From Mobula hypostoma (taxonomy: Eukaryota), in the NCBI RefSeq assembly GCF_963921235.1, contig NC_086097.1, forward strand, positions 177,136,001-177,200,000: a stretch of DNA of 64,000 nt, in the 5' to 3' direction. Of the stretch, positions 1 to 12,499 are shown piece by piece. The notes beneath the pieces are model-generated. The model had not been told where the DNA came from. It worked only from the letters and a program-made list of their open reading frames with translations, and did not search any database. The first letter of the stretch is position 1, and each line of letters begins with the position of its first letter. The translations under genes and the position numbers were made by a program.

Positions 1-1262
1 TGCCTGACAAACCTATTGCAATTTTGAGGAAATTACAAGTAGGCTAGACAAGGGAGATGCAGTGGATGTTGTATATTTGGATTTTCAGAAGGCCTTTGAC
101 AAGGTGCAGCACATGAGGCTGCTAAACAAGATAAGAGCCCATGGAGCTACGGGAAAGTTACATACGTGGATAGAGTGTTGGCTGATTGGCAGGAAACAGA
201 GAGTGGGAATAAAGTGATCCTATTCTGGTTGGCTGCCAGTTACCAGTGGTGTTCCACAGGGGTCCATGTTAGGGCCGCTTCTTTTTACGTTGTACATCAA
301 CGATTTGGATTATGGAATAGATGGCTTTGTGACTAAGTTTGCCGATGATACGAAGATAGGTGGAGGGGCCAGTAGTGCTGAGGAAACAGTCTGCAGAGAG
401 ACTTGGATAGATTGGAAGAATGGGCAAAGAAGTGGCAAATGAAATAATGTTGGAAAGTGTATGGTTAGGCACTTTGGCAGAAGAAATAAACAGGCAGATT
501 ATTATTTAAATGGGGAAAGAATTCAAAGTTCTGAGATGCAACGGGACTTGGGAGTCCTCGTACAGGATACCCTTAAGGTTAACCTCCAGGTTGAGTCGGT
601 GGTGAAGAAGGCGAATGCAATGTTGGCATTCATTTCTAGAGGAATAGAGTATTGGAGCAGGGATGTGATGTTGAGGCTCTATAAGGTGCTGGTGAGACCT
701 CACTTTGAGTACTGTGGGCAGTTTTGGTCTCCTTATTTAAGGAAGGATGTGCTGATGTTGGAGAGGGTACAGAGAAGATTCACTAGAATAATTCTGGGAA
801 TGAGAGGGTTAACATATGAGGAGCGTTTGTCCGCTCTTGGACTGTATTCCTTGGAGTTTAGAAGAATGAGGGGAGACCTCATAGAAACATTTCAGATGTT
901 GAAAGGCACGGACAGAGTGGATGTGGCAAAGTTGTTTCCCATGATGGGGGAGTCTAGTACGAGAGGGCATGACTTAAGGATTGAAGGGCACCCATTCAGA
1001 ACAGAGATGCGAATAAATTTTTTTAGCCAGAGGGTGGTGAATCTATGGAATTCGTTGCCACGGGCGGCAGTGGAGGCCAAGTCATTGGGTGTACTTAAGG
1101 CAGAGAATGATAGCTATCTGAGTAGACAGGGCATCAAAGGTTTATGGTGAGAAGGTGGGGGAGTGGGTCTAGATGAGAGAATGGATCAGCTCATGATAAA
1201 ATGGTGGAGCAGACTCGATGGGCCAAATGGCTGACTTCTGCTCCTTTGTCTTATGGTCTAAG
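1..1262 (+). mobile_element. CR1 (HER1-like) LINE, 3' part of ORF2 RT plus 3' UTR, disrupted
   Basis: Translates to CR1 RT motifs VYLDFQKAFDKV, GVPQG, KFADDT. ORF 461-1150 is the CR1 ORF2 C-terminus (LYKVLVRPHFEYC...FFSQRVVNLWNSLP). Stops and frameshifts upstream. Confidence 0.93.
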
Positions 1263-1689
1263 ATGTCACAGTTGTCTATGGAAACCCAGGAAGACCCTAG
1301 CTTGAGACAACTAAGCATACCACTGTACCCGGATGTCCAAGGTCGAGAGAGTGGAACTGTCCAAGTGCAACGGCTTTTCCACTTTAAAAATTCTCCCGCA
1401 GAGGGCTCACTGTCATTGTCAGATACGACAAACAACCAACATGCTGCCGTGTTCTTTTGACTGACTGTAAATGAACAAAATCAGTGCAGGCACCTAGTGC
1501 AGATAATAGACAGCCTTCATGCAATGCAATCAATGACTGCATCCTCCAAATCTTCATTTTCATTGTAACATTCAAGATCAATCAGAATCAGGTTAATATC
1601 ACTGGCATATGTCGTGAAATCTGTTAACTTTACGGCAGCAGTACCTGACATGCATGATAAATAAATATAGAGAAAAAACTCAATTTCAG

Positions 1690-1760
1690 TATATATACAT
1701 ACATATATACATACATACATATATACATACATACATACACACACACACATACACACACAC
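1690..1760. repeat. Compound (TA)/(TACA)/(CA) microsatellite
   Basis: Directly visible in the sequence, inside the Rex1 3' UTR. Confidence 0.95.
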
Positions 1761-2291
1761 TACTTATTTAACTTAACTATTTAATATACACGTCTATTAA
1801 ATAGTTAAGTTAAAATAAGTAGCGCAAAAAAAAACAAATAAAAAAGTAGTGATGTACTGTTCACGAGCTCAATGTCCATTTGGAAAATGGATGGCAGAGG
1901 GGAAGAAGCTGGTCCTGAATCGCTGAGTGTGTGCCTTCAGACTTCTGTACATCCTTCTCAATAGTAACAATGAGAAGAGGGCATATCCTGGGTGGTGGGC
2001 ATCCTTAGTGATGGATGCCAACTTCCTAACACACCGCTCCTTGAAGATATCTTGGATACTACGGAGGCTAGCACCCATGATGGAGCTGACTAATTTTACA
2101 AGTTTCTGCAATATATTGTGATATTGTGCAGTAGCCCAGCATCCCCACCCCCCCCCAATACCAGATGGCGATGCAACCAGTCAGAATGCTCTCCACAGTA
2201 CATTTGTAGAAGTTTTCAAGTGTTTTAGTTGACAAACCAAACCTCCCCAAATTCCTAATGAAATATAGCCGCTGTCCTGCCTTCTTTACAG

Positions 2292-3172
2292 TGTTACGAG
2301 AATACACATAAAATTAAGATGTTTGCTGGCCTGGGCTAGCATCAGTGGCATCAGCAGTTGGTCTGCCACCTGCCCTCAGGGGAAGGAGAGATAAGGAACA
2401 ATGGAGCAGCGTCTGGAGATGTGTAATGAAGGGATGTGGGAGGAAGAGCTGTCTGGAGCGGCTCCCCCCTTTGAGCCCTGAACTGTTTGAAGTGATGGAC
2501 AGGCGATACCCCAGCAGGGGGATAAAAAGGGACAGGTTCGCTAAGACAGACACACACGCCACCCGAGGTAATGAGACCCTGGAAGCGGTGCGCTTCTCAC
2601 GAGTGGGTGAGAAGTCCCAGACAACGACAAGGGTGGAAAGGTACGATCAGCGGGAACCCGGTGTGTGTCCGCCCTTGCCTGGGTGCCGGGTACACTGCAG
2701 AGGATCGACCGCATCTGGAGGAGGGGTCACAGTCGGTGACCTCAGGTGACATCACCAAGGACCCGCCCAAAAAGCTGTTTGTGAGCCATCTCGCTGGTCT
2801 GTGGGCCATCTTGCTGGTCTGTGAGTGAAGCCGTTCTGAATGATGAGTTGTTCCTATTCTATCTCTCTCTTCCCCCACATTGTCCACCGCCATGGCAACG
2901 ATTACTGCGAACTGAACTACTAAACTGGACTGAACTTTGAGTCATTTTGAAATTGGTCATTTACCCCTAGACAACGATAGAGCTTGATTGATGCTGTTAT
3001 CTTAATTCTGTGCACATGTGCGTTTATCATCGCTGAACTGTTGCATTTATTATCCTTTCGATTAATGTGTTGCTTGTTTCTTTAATAAAACTTTCTTAGT
3101 TCTAGTACTCCAGACTCCAACTGAGTGATCCATTTCTGCTGGTTTGGCAACCCAGTTACGGGGTACGTAACA
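2292..3172 (+). mobile_element. Solo LTR (Gypsy-like), 881 bp
   Basis: Termini TGTTACG...CGTAACA; 4-bp TSD ACAG (2288-2291 / 3173-3176); AATAAA at 3084-3089; the Rex1 host is continuous across the insert. Confidence 0.88.
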
Positions 3173-4805
3173 ACAGCTGCAACAATATCTTGCATCCAGG
3201 TTAGGTCGTCAGAGGGATTGACACCCAGGAACTTGAAGTTGCTCACTTTCCAGTTCTGATGCCTCTGAGGATTGGTTTGTGTTCCCCCATCTTACACTTT
3301 CTGAAGTTCCACAGTCAGCTCTTTCGTCTTACTGATATTGAGTGCCAGGCTGTTGCTGTGGCACTCCTCAGCTAACTGCTATATCTTGCTCCTGTACACC
3401 CTCTCGTCATCATCTGAAATTCTGCTAACAATGGTTGTATCATCAGCAAATTTATAGATGGCATTTGAGCTGTGCCAAGCCACAGTCATGAGTATAGAAA
3501 GAGCAGAGCAGTGGGCTAAGCATACATCCCTATGGTGTGCCAGTGTTGATTGTCAGTGAGATGGTGATGTTATTTCCAATCTGCAAAGTTTGTGGTCTTC
3601 CAGTTAGGAAGTTGAGGATCCAGTTGCAGAGGGAGGTACAGAGGCTAAGATTCTGTAGCTTTTGGATCAGGACTGTAAGACTGATGGTGTTAAATGCAGA
3701 GCTATAGTCAGTAAGCAGCATCCTGACATAGGTATAGTAATTGCATTGTTCGGGTGATCCAAGTCTGCATGGAGAGCCATTGAGATCACGTCTGTCTGCT
3801 GTAGACCTATTATGACAATAGGCAATTGCAGAGGGTCCAGGTCCTTCCTGAGACAGGGGTTGATTCTAGCTATGACCAACCTTTCAAGGCATTTCAACTC
3901 CGTAGGTGTGGGCTCTACTGGTCAATAGTTCTTAAGGCAGCTCATGCTGCTCTTCTTAGGCACTGGTATAACTGTTGCCCTTTTGAAGCAGGTGGGAACT
4001 ATCAACTGTAGCAATGAGGGATTGAAGATGTCTGAGTACCACCGCCAGTTGGTTGGCACAGGTTTTCTGAGCCTTACCAGGTACTCCATCGGACCCAGCC
4101 GCCTTGCAAGGGTTTACCCTCTTGAAAGACAGGCTGATGTCAGTGTCCGAGACAGTGATCACAGGGTCACTAGATACTGCAGGGATTCTCATAGCTGTTG
4201 TTTTATTCCCCTTTCAAAGCGAGCATAAAAGGCATTGAGCTTGTCTGACTGTGAGGCATCACTGTCATTCATGACATTGCGTTTTGCTTTGTCGGCCTGC
4301 AAACCCTGCCAGACTTAATGTGCATTCGAGGTTGCCTCAAATCTCTCAGAATTGTTTTTTGGCTCTTGAAATAGCCCTCCACAAGTCAAATCTGCTTCTC
4401 TTATACAGACCTGGGTTGCCTGACTTAAACACCACAGATCTAGCCCTCCGCAGAGCACACAACTCCTGGTTCATTCACAACTTTTGGGTTTGGTTTGATT
4501 CTTGATACCTTCAAGTTCTTTATAGTCTCCAACTTGAAGTAGTGAAATAGTTTCATTTTCACTTCTGGCCATTTCTGGCATCTCCAAGCCTCAATGCTTG
4601 AAATTGCATTGAGCAAAACAATTCTAAATTGTCTTACAGCTTATTTCTCACCAATTATCTGTGACAAAAATCACTGCTTTTTGAACACAAACTCACACAA
4701 CTGACGCTAAATAAAAACTGTTCACTCTAAGCACGGTGTAGTATCTAACAGCCACACAAGTTCACACAACTGTTGCTAGTTAGAAACTGTTCAGCAAGTC
4801 TCCTC

Positions 4806-5352
4806 TCCTGGGTCCTAGTGTGAGGTACGATTCACTGTTTAGACCATTTAAATGCCAGCCCAGATCAGAGGCAAGAGCTGATTTCACTTGCTCTCCGCGA
4901 TCTTCACTCCTCTCTCCTGCGCACCAGAGCCTTTCACTGTTCCATTGTTGGGTCAATTTAAGTGCCAGGCCCAGACAGACTAAAAAGACAGGGTGTCGGT
5001 CAAGACGAGAGCCAATTTGGTTTATTCTCCATGTTGGTCATCTCCATGGTGCTGAGGCTATTTAGTCTGCCCTGGCTGCTGTGCTATGTGCCTGCTAATA
5101 TGATGAACTGATAAGCGAAGCTTTGGGCTGTTCAGCGTTCGGATCCAAGAACTCAATTTTGGTTCGGAATGCTGTTGTTTACACAGATTTTCTTCTCTTG
5201 CACATCAAGTGTGGGGTTTTTATTGTTATTTTTATTCTTTTTTTTTATATTGGGTTTCTTGCTTTGTGGCTACCTGTGAGCAAGCAAATCTCAAGGTTGT
5301 ATAATTTATACATTCTTTGATAATAAATGAATATTGGATCTTGAAACTTGAA
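4806..5352 (+). mobile_element. Non-autonomous, non-coding retroelement with Rex1-like 3' tail
   Basis: 4810-4860 is the reverse complement of 39030-39080. Ends ...CTTTGATAATAAATG...CTTGAAACTTGAA, like Rex1 3' ends elsewhere in the window. Confidence 0.6.
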
Positions 5353-5525
5353 GCTTAACTAAGCAGCATAATGTCTCAAATAAATGAAGGGAATCCCAGC
5401 TACCATCTTAATTAGTTTTTGTTCTTTTAGAGTTGTCTTTGATAAGCAACTGCCCCGATTAACCAACATACATCAAAGTTGCTGGTGAACGCAGCAGGCC
5501 AAGCAGCATCTATAGGAAGAGGCGC

Positions 5526-5561
5526 AGTCGACGTTTCAGGCCGAGACCCTTCGTCAGGACT
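5526..5561 (-). ncRNA. Minimal type I hammerhead ribozyme (copy 1 of tandem)
   Basis: Minus-strand RNA AGUC CUGACGA A GGGU CUCG GCCU GAAA CGUC^GACU: full core, stem I AGUC/GACU, stem II, palindromic ACGU stem III, GUC cleavage triplet. Confidence 0.82.
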
Positions 5562-5582
5562 AGCATCTATAGGAAGAGGTGC

Positions 5583-5618
5583 AGTCGACGTTTCAGGCCA
5601 AGACCCTTCGTCAGGACT
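5583..5618 (-). ncRNA. Minimal type I hammerhead ribozyme (copy 2 of tandem)
   Basis: Minus-strand RNA AGUC CUGACGA A GGGU CUUG GCCU GAAA CGUC^GACU; core intact. Confidence 0.82.
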
Positions 5619-6679
5619 CGGTCTCGGCCTGAAACGTCGACTGTGCCTCTTCCTATAGATGCTGCTTGGCCTGCTGCGTTCACCAGCAACTTTGATGTAT
5701 GTTGCTTGAATTTCCAGCATCTGCAGAATTCCTGTTGTTTGCCCCGATTAACCGATAGACCAATTATCTGGAATCCACAGTTCATATTTCTTATTGTAAT
5801 TTATAGTTTTTTTTTAATTCTGTGTTGCAAATCAACATATTTCACAACATATGCCAGTGATACTAAACCTGATTCTGATTCGATGAATATGCTGAGAATC
5901 GAGGGATGTCGAACATCTGCAGGTAGAAGGGATTCGTTTAATTAGGTGTCGTTTGCTTAAGTAGCTCAGCATAGCATTGTGAGATGGAGGGTCTGTTCAA
6001 GTGCTGTACTTTTCTATATCGTCTGTTCTGTCACCATTCTTTCAACATCACTAGGGCTCAATCATGAAGTTCCCTATTCAGCAGTAATGTGGGAGCACAT
6101 TGGCCACAAGGAATGCTCAACTATAATAAATTCTGGCCTTGACAGTGTTATTCTATCCCATAACATGAAAAATTAAAAATATAATTTCAATGTCACCAAT
6201 TTAAACCATAGACATTATTGTTTTCTGATTTGTTCAATGAAAAGATGAAAACTGATTGCTTCTATTGTGTATTTTATTGGAGCCTGTTATGTGGTTTTTC
6301 AATGAGAACTGTACAGGGAAATTTAAATTGGACCTCCTCTCATTTCATTGATGTAGACCTTGGCTCAATATATATCCATACAAAAGTCATTTCACGCATT
6401 GCTGAATCATCGCAATGTTGTCAATAGTATTTATTAATGCTTTCTACGTTTCTGAAATGTCCTCACTGGCTAAAGCATAATTGACAGGAGTCAGTTAAGA
6501 GTTTACAGTCTAATTAAGAGTCCAAGAAATTCATGAACCTTTAGAAAACGTCAAAGTTATTCCAAGTAAAGTTAAAATAGGACTCACATGTTTTGTCTGT
6601 GGGGCTTGCAGTTGGTATGTTCACTGGCTTTGAAGCAGATTCCTCATTTGTTTTGTTGAAGTTTGAGAGGTTACCAGAT

Positions 6680-6890
6680 TAGTAACCCGCAGACCCATCA
6701 ACAATGTGGAGGCCCGATTTCAAATCCCACCATAGCAATGTAGAATTTAAAACCAGTTAATAATCTGATTTCTTTTTGTTTTGAAAATTATCATTTGTTT
6801 ACTCATAATGCTCACATTGTGATAAATTGCACCCAGTTCATGAATGTCCTTCCTGGAAGAAAATCTGCTGTCCTTACCTAGTCTGACTTA
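6680..6890 (+). mobile_element. Old SINE-like repeat
   Basis: B-box-like TTCAAATCCC followed by GTTCATGAATGTCCTTCCTGGAAGAAAATCTGCTGTCCTTACC, resembling a common chondrichthyan SINE body; family not certain. Confidence 0.4.
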
Positions 6891-7009
6891 TAACAAAGCC
6901 AAACAGGGATCTGCAAAGACAGGCAGGCAGTGTTTTGGGAGGAGAACACAACAAGACTGCAAGGAGAGATGGAGAGGTTAAGAGAGTGGGCAAGTTGGCA
7001 GAAGGAATA

Positions 7010-7900
7010 CAATAGAGTCATAGAGTTGTGGAGTTATTGACACAGAAACAGGCCCCTCAGTCCAACATGTCCATGCCAACCAAGATGTCAATCTGAGCTA
7101 GTCCCACTTGCCTGTGTTAGCCCATATTCCTCTGATCCCATTTATTGCTCTTGTCCCATTTGCCCATGTGTGATTGGTCGATATTTTTCTAAACCTTTCA
7201 TAAACATGTACCTGTCCAAAAGTATTTTAAAGTCTGTAAACATCCCCACCTCTACCACTTCTTCTGGCTATTCGTTCCATATACCCACAACCCTGTGTGA
7301 AAAATTTGCCGCTCAGTACCCACTTTAAATCCTTCCCCTCTCACCTTAAACTTACACCTTCTAGTTTCAGTCTCCCATACAGTGGGATAAAACCAGGATC
7401 ATCTACCCTAGCTATGCCCCTCATGATTATATAAACATTACTCTGCAAGGTCACCCCTCAGCCTCAGATACTCCAGGGAGAAGAGCCCTAGCCCAATGTG
7501 GGAAGATGTGCAAGATCACAAGACAAAGGAGCAGAATTGTGCCATTCAGCCCAAGGTGTCTGTTAAACCATTCAATCATGGCTGATAGTTTTTCCTCGTG
7601 CCTTCTCCCCCAACCCTTTAACGTTACCAATCAACAACCTATCAATCTCTGCCTTAAATGACATGGCTCCACAGCCCTATGAGGCAATGAATTCCACAGA
7701 TTCACCACTCTCTGACTGAAGAAATTCCTCCTTAGTTCCGTTCTAAAGGGAAGTCTCTATATTCTGAGATTGTACTTTCTGATTCTAGGCCCTCCTACTA
7801 ATGGAAACACCCTCTCCATGTCCTTTCAGTATCCAAAAGATTTAAATGAGATGCCTTCATCCATTGAATACAGGCCCAGAGACATCAAAAGCTCCAGTAT
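7010..7900 (-). mobile_element. Two old CR1 3'-end fragments
   Basis: Reverse-complement CR1 3' motifs (GAATTCCACAGATTCACCACTCTCTG; ACAACCCTGTGTGAAAAA) and CR1 3' UTR-like heads. Confidence 0.7.
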
Positions 7901-9802
7901 CTTATGACATATGACTCACATTCACAGAATAGGCTTTGTGATCACGGTTTGTTTCGGGAGTCAGTTGTGATTCATTTACTGGCATCCTGATTCAGCTTGC
8001 TGGTATTTGTTACTCAACAGGCTGTTCAATCTGATAGGAATGGAGGTACAGATGTCCATCCATTGCCCCCAGGGACCTTAAATTAACGATATTAGATTTG
8101 TAGGGTTGCACAGGCATTTTGGCCCACCACGCCCAGGCCAGCCTTTTACCTATTGACACTAATCCCAATTGCCCACATTAGGACCATAGCCTTCTATGCC
8201 TTGCCTATTTATATGCCTGTCAAAATGCCTCTTAACCATAGTGATTATATTTGATCCAACCAGCACCTATGGCTGTACATTCAACTCCTTGTGTAAAAAA
8301 ACTTACTCCTCAGATCCCTTTTCAATTTCCTCCATCATCTTATGCCTATGTTTTGACCATCTACCCTGCCTATATCCCTCATCATTTTATTTTATATTTA
8401 TAGATACAACATTGTAAAAGACCATTCTGGCATAATGAGCCTGCACCCCTAAATACAATCATGTAACCAACTAACCCGTACATCTTTGGAATGTGGGAGG
8501 AAACTGGAGCACCTGGAGAAAGTCCACACAATCACGGAGAGGACATGCAGCAGAAGTGAACCAGGGCCACTGGTGATACACTAACCATGCCACCTCTCCA
8601 TTATTATATACCTCTAACCGGTAACCCCTCAGCCTCCTCCACTCCAGGAAAAATGGCCCATCCTGTCCAGTCTCTCCCCATAACTAAAGTCCTTCAATCC
8701 AGGCAATGCAAGTTTCCTCTGTACTCCCTCCTGTAACACAGCAATTTGAACTGCACACAACGCACCAACTCCAGAGTTGCTTACTGTTCATACAGATCAA
8801 CTCGATTTTATAGGGCATTGAGGTAGTATTAGGTAAAATGACAACAATGCAGAATAAAGTGAAGTGCAGATAGATAATAAGGGGCAAGGTCATAATGAGG
8901 TAGATTGTGAGGTCCGGAGCCCATCTTATCATTCTGGGGAACCATTCAGTAGTCTTATAACACTGGGTAGAAGCTATCCTTGATTTCGGTGCTGTGTGCT
9001 TTCACACTTTGGTATTTCTGTCCATTGGAAAATGGGAGAAGAGAGAATGTCCAGGGTGGGTCAGATCTTTATTGAATGTTGTAAGGGTCTCTACCTCTGC
9101 CACCCCTCAGACAGAGTGTTCCAGATTCCAGCCACCCTTTGGGTAAAAAAAAAATCATTCTCCCTGAAGTCTCCTGGAAACCTTTGACCTCTTACCCTAA
9201 ATCTCTAACTTCAGACCTCTGCTATGGGGGGGGGGGGGGGAGTTTCCTACTACCTACTCTATCTAAGCCACTCGATTTTGCATTTGTCTATACAATCCCC
9301 ACTCAGCCTTCTCCACTCCAAGCAAACCAAGCCCAGCCTCTCCAGTCTCTCCTTTAACTGAATCGTTCCATTGCAGATAACATATCCGTCAGGATGAACC
9401 TGTGCAAAAACAATTAATCTTTCACCTGATGAAGTGTTTTAGACCCAGGATGTTGACAGAAAGTTCCTTTCTGCAGATGCTGCCTGACCTGCTGAATTCT
9501 TTTTTCTAGTTTAAACATATCTTCTTTCCTGTGCTAAGTGTGGGACTGTACCTGAGAGCCAGACTTTGCAAAGGAACATAGAGCACAAGACATAGAACAG
9601 AACCTGCAGCAAACATGTCAAATTAAACAAAATCTCTTCTGCCTGCACAAGGTTTATATCCTTTCATCTGCTTGTATACCCATGTATGTGTCCATCTAAC
9701 AGCCTCTGAAATGCCATTGTGGTATCTGCTTCCACCACCATCCCTAGCAGCACATTCCGGGCACCCACCACTGTCTGTGTAAAATACTTGCCCTGCCCAT
9801 CT

Positions 9803-11370
9803 CAGAATTAGAATCAGAATCAGGTTTATTATCACCAGCATGTGTTGTGAAATTTGTTAACTTAGCAGCAGCAGTTCAATGCAATACATAATATAGAAGA
9901 AAAAAATAAATCAAATACAGTATACGTATATTGAATAGATTAAAAACCATGCAAAAACAGAATATATATTTAAAAAGAGAGGTAGTATTTATGGGTTCAA
10001 CATCCATTTAGGAATCGGATGGCAAAGGGGAAGAAGCTGTTCCTGAATTGCTGAGTGTGTGCCATCAGGCTTCTGTACCTCCTACCTGATGGTAACAGTG
10101 AGAAAAGGGCATGCCCTGGGTCCTTAATAATGGATGCTGACTTTCGGAGACACCCCTCCTTGAAGATGTCCTAAGTACTTTGTAAGCTAGTACCCAAGGT
10201 GGAGCTGACTAAATTCACAACCCTCTGCAGCTTCTTTTGGTCCTGTGTAGTAGCCCCTCCATACCAGACAGTGATGCAGCCTGTCAGAATGCTCTCCATG
10301 GTACATCTATGGAAGTTTTTGAGTGTTTTTGTTGACATACCAAATCTCTTCAAACGCCTAATGAAGTATAGTTGCTGTCTTGCCTTCTTTAACTGCATCG
10401 ATATGTTGGGACAAGGTTATATCCTCAGATCTTGACACCCAGGAAACTGTTCATTCTCTCCAATTTTGATCCCTCTATGAGGATTGGTATGTGTTCCTTT
10501 GTCTTACCCTTCCTGAAGTCCACAATCAGCTCTTCCGTCTTACAGACTGAGTTCCAGGTTGTTGCTGTGACACCACTCCATTAGTTGGAGTATCTCGCTC
10601 CTGTATGCCCTCTTGTCACTACCTGAGATTCTGCCAACAACGGTCGTATCATCAGCAAATTTATAGATGGTATTTGAGCTATGCCTAGCCACACAGATAT
10701 AGGTATAGAGAGTAGAGCAGTGGGCTAAGCACACACCTCTGAGGTGCACCACTGTTAATCATCAGTGAGGAGACATTATCACCAAGCTGCACAGATTGTG
10801 GCCTTCCAGTTAGGAAATCAAGAATCCAATTACAGAGAGAGGTATAGAGGCCCAGGTTCTGCAACTTCTCAATCAGGATTGTGGGAATGATGGTATTAAA
10901 TGCTGAGTTATAATTGATGAACAGCATCCTGACGTAGGTGTCTGTGTTGTCCAGGTGGTCTAACGCCATGTGGAGAGCCATTGAGAATGCATCTGCCGTT
11001 GACCTATTGAGGCGATAGGCAAATTGCAGTGGGTCCAGGTCCTTACTGAGGCAGGAGTTCAGTCTAGTCATGACCAACCTCTCAATGCATTTCATCACTG
11101 CAGATGTGAGCGCGACTGGGCGATAGTCATTAAGGCAGCCCAAATTATTCTCCTTAGGCACCGGTATAATTGTTGCCTTTTTGTAGCAAGTGGGAACTCC
11201 CGCCCGTAGCAGTGAAAGGTTGAAAATGTCCTTGAATACTCCCACCAGTTGGTTGGCACAGGTTTTCAGAGCCTTAACAGGTAATTCATCAGGACCCGCC
11301 TTGCAAGGGTTCACTCTCTTTAAAGACAGCCTAACATCGGCCTCTGAGACGGAGATCACCAGATCACAGA
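9803..11370 (-). mobile_element. Rex1/Babar LINE 3' half inserted in an old CR1 fragment (~9570-11770)
   Basis: ORF 10685-11359 ([51 protein letters not shown]), KFADDTT, and a (CTGATT)n tail at ~9803-9822. Confidence 0.92.
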
Positions 11371-12499
11371 GTCACCGGATAAACTTATCCCCATCACCTT
11401 AAATGCCTGTCTCTAGTATTTGACTTTTCTACTCTTGGATAAAGACTGACTATCTACCCCATGTATGTATCCTTTGATTTTATAAGCTCCTATCTGGCTT
11501 CCCCTCAGCCTCCAGCCCTCCAGAGAGATAACTCCAGATTGTCCAACCTCTCCATTTACATCATTCTGTCTAAACCAGGCAACATTGTGTGAGCCTCTTC
11601 TGCACCCTCTCCAAAGCCTTCACATGCTTCCTGTGTTTGACTAGAATTGCAGATAATACTACAAGTGTGGTCTCACCAAAGCTTTATACAATTGCAACAT
11701 GTCTTCCTACCTGCTATACTTAGTGCACGTACCAATAAAGGCAAGGTAGTCTTATACCTTCTTCACCATCCTGGTAAAATATTGGTTTCACTTGTGCCAG
11801 TATTTAAATAGAGGAAATTTCCCCTTATTTAATATCCACTCTCCAACAAGCTAAGAATAAATACATGTTTTTTCTTTAACACTGATATTCCCTTTCAGTA
11901 AGTTTCAGTTCCAATTCCCCCTGAAAATGCATTGATGTTAACAACATAGACAGGTACAAATCTCCACTGGGAATCATTAATTTATTGCAATATTAAGGCA
12001 AATGATCTGCTATTACTTTTATCCTAGTAAGCATTCACAAGCTCATATTTCATCAGTAAACTTGAAGTCATTGCAACCAAAAGACTCAAACTGGAGTGAA
12101 AAAACCTTCATTAAGGCATTCCTCCGGAATTCACAGCAATGTAATTTCCATATTTAATCTATAACCTGTTTACTTCCACAAATGAAAAAGTCACAAACAG
12201 CAATATCTATTGAAATTAATTTTAATATTTCAACAAATAAGATAAATCATTCATGCTGGAATACCTTTGCTGGTTTCTCCATTCTGTGTTTGGATGCTGA
12301 GCCAAGTATTCACCACAGCATCATGAGAAATTCCTGCAGACACCTCCAAAGAAAGGTTGTGGCTCTGTTACAAGTACTGTAACTAATTTGCACAATATTT
12401 ATGAGTTCCCCAGTGCTAGTCCTAACCTCATCAACATGCTTGGGTGAGTTTTTCCTATTAACCAACTTTAGTTCAGCACATGACATCAAAAATGTGCAA

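Larger units (their letters stand above)
1583..4500 (-). mobile_element. Rex1/Babar-type LINE, degenerate, interrupted by a solo LTR
   Basis: Minus-strand peptides [51 protein letters not shown]. (CTGATT)n-type 3' tail seen as AATCAGAATCAG at ~1580. Confidence 0.88.
5465..5739. mobile_element. Fold-back Penelope-like pLTR cassette with 14-bp TSD
   Basis: TSD TGCCCCGATTAACC at 5451-5464 and 5740-5753. Left arm ~5465-5550 is the reverse complement of right arm ~5620-5705. Same sequence family as the 3' end of the GIY-YIG element at 61390-62035. Confidence 0.9.
4501..5781 (-). mobile_element. pogo/Tigger-like DNA transposon remnant, interrupted by two retro-insertions
   Basis: Minus strand ~4680-4505 reads AVIFVTDNW*EISCKTI*NCFAQCNFKH*GLEMPEMARSENE, resembling the Tigger DDE C-terminal AW..V...TI.NCF.KCGF motif. 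TIR-like end CCAATTATCTGGAATCCACAGT at ~5760-5781. Confidence 0.6.

Noticed and set aside
2345..2893. GC-rich ORFs of 85-134 aa
   Set aside because: They lie wholly inside a solo LTR and have no recognisable domain.
5427..5945. Recurring short ORFs (PIDAAWPAAFTSNF / LVNAAGQAAS) as a repeated peptide family
   Set aside because: They are translations of the non-coding Penelope pLTR on either strand; the same words recur wherever the repeat occurs.
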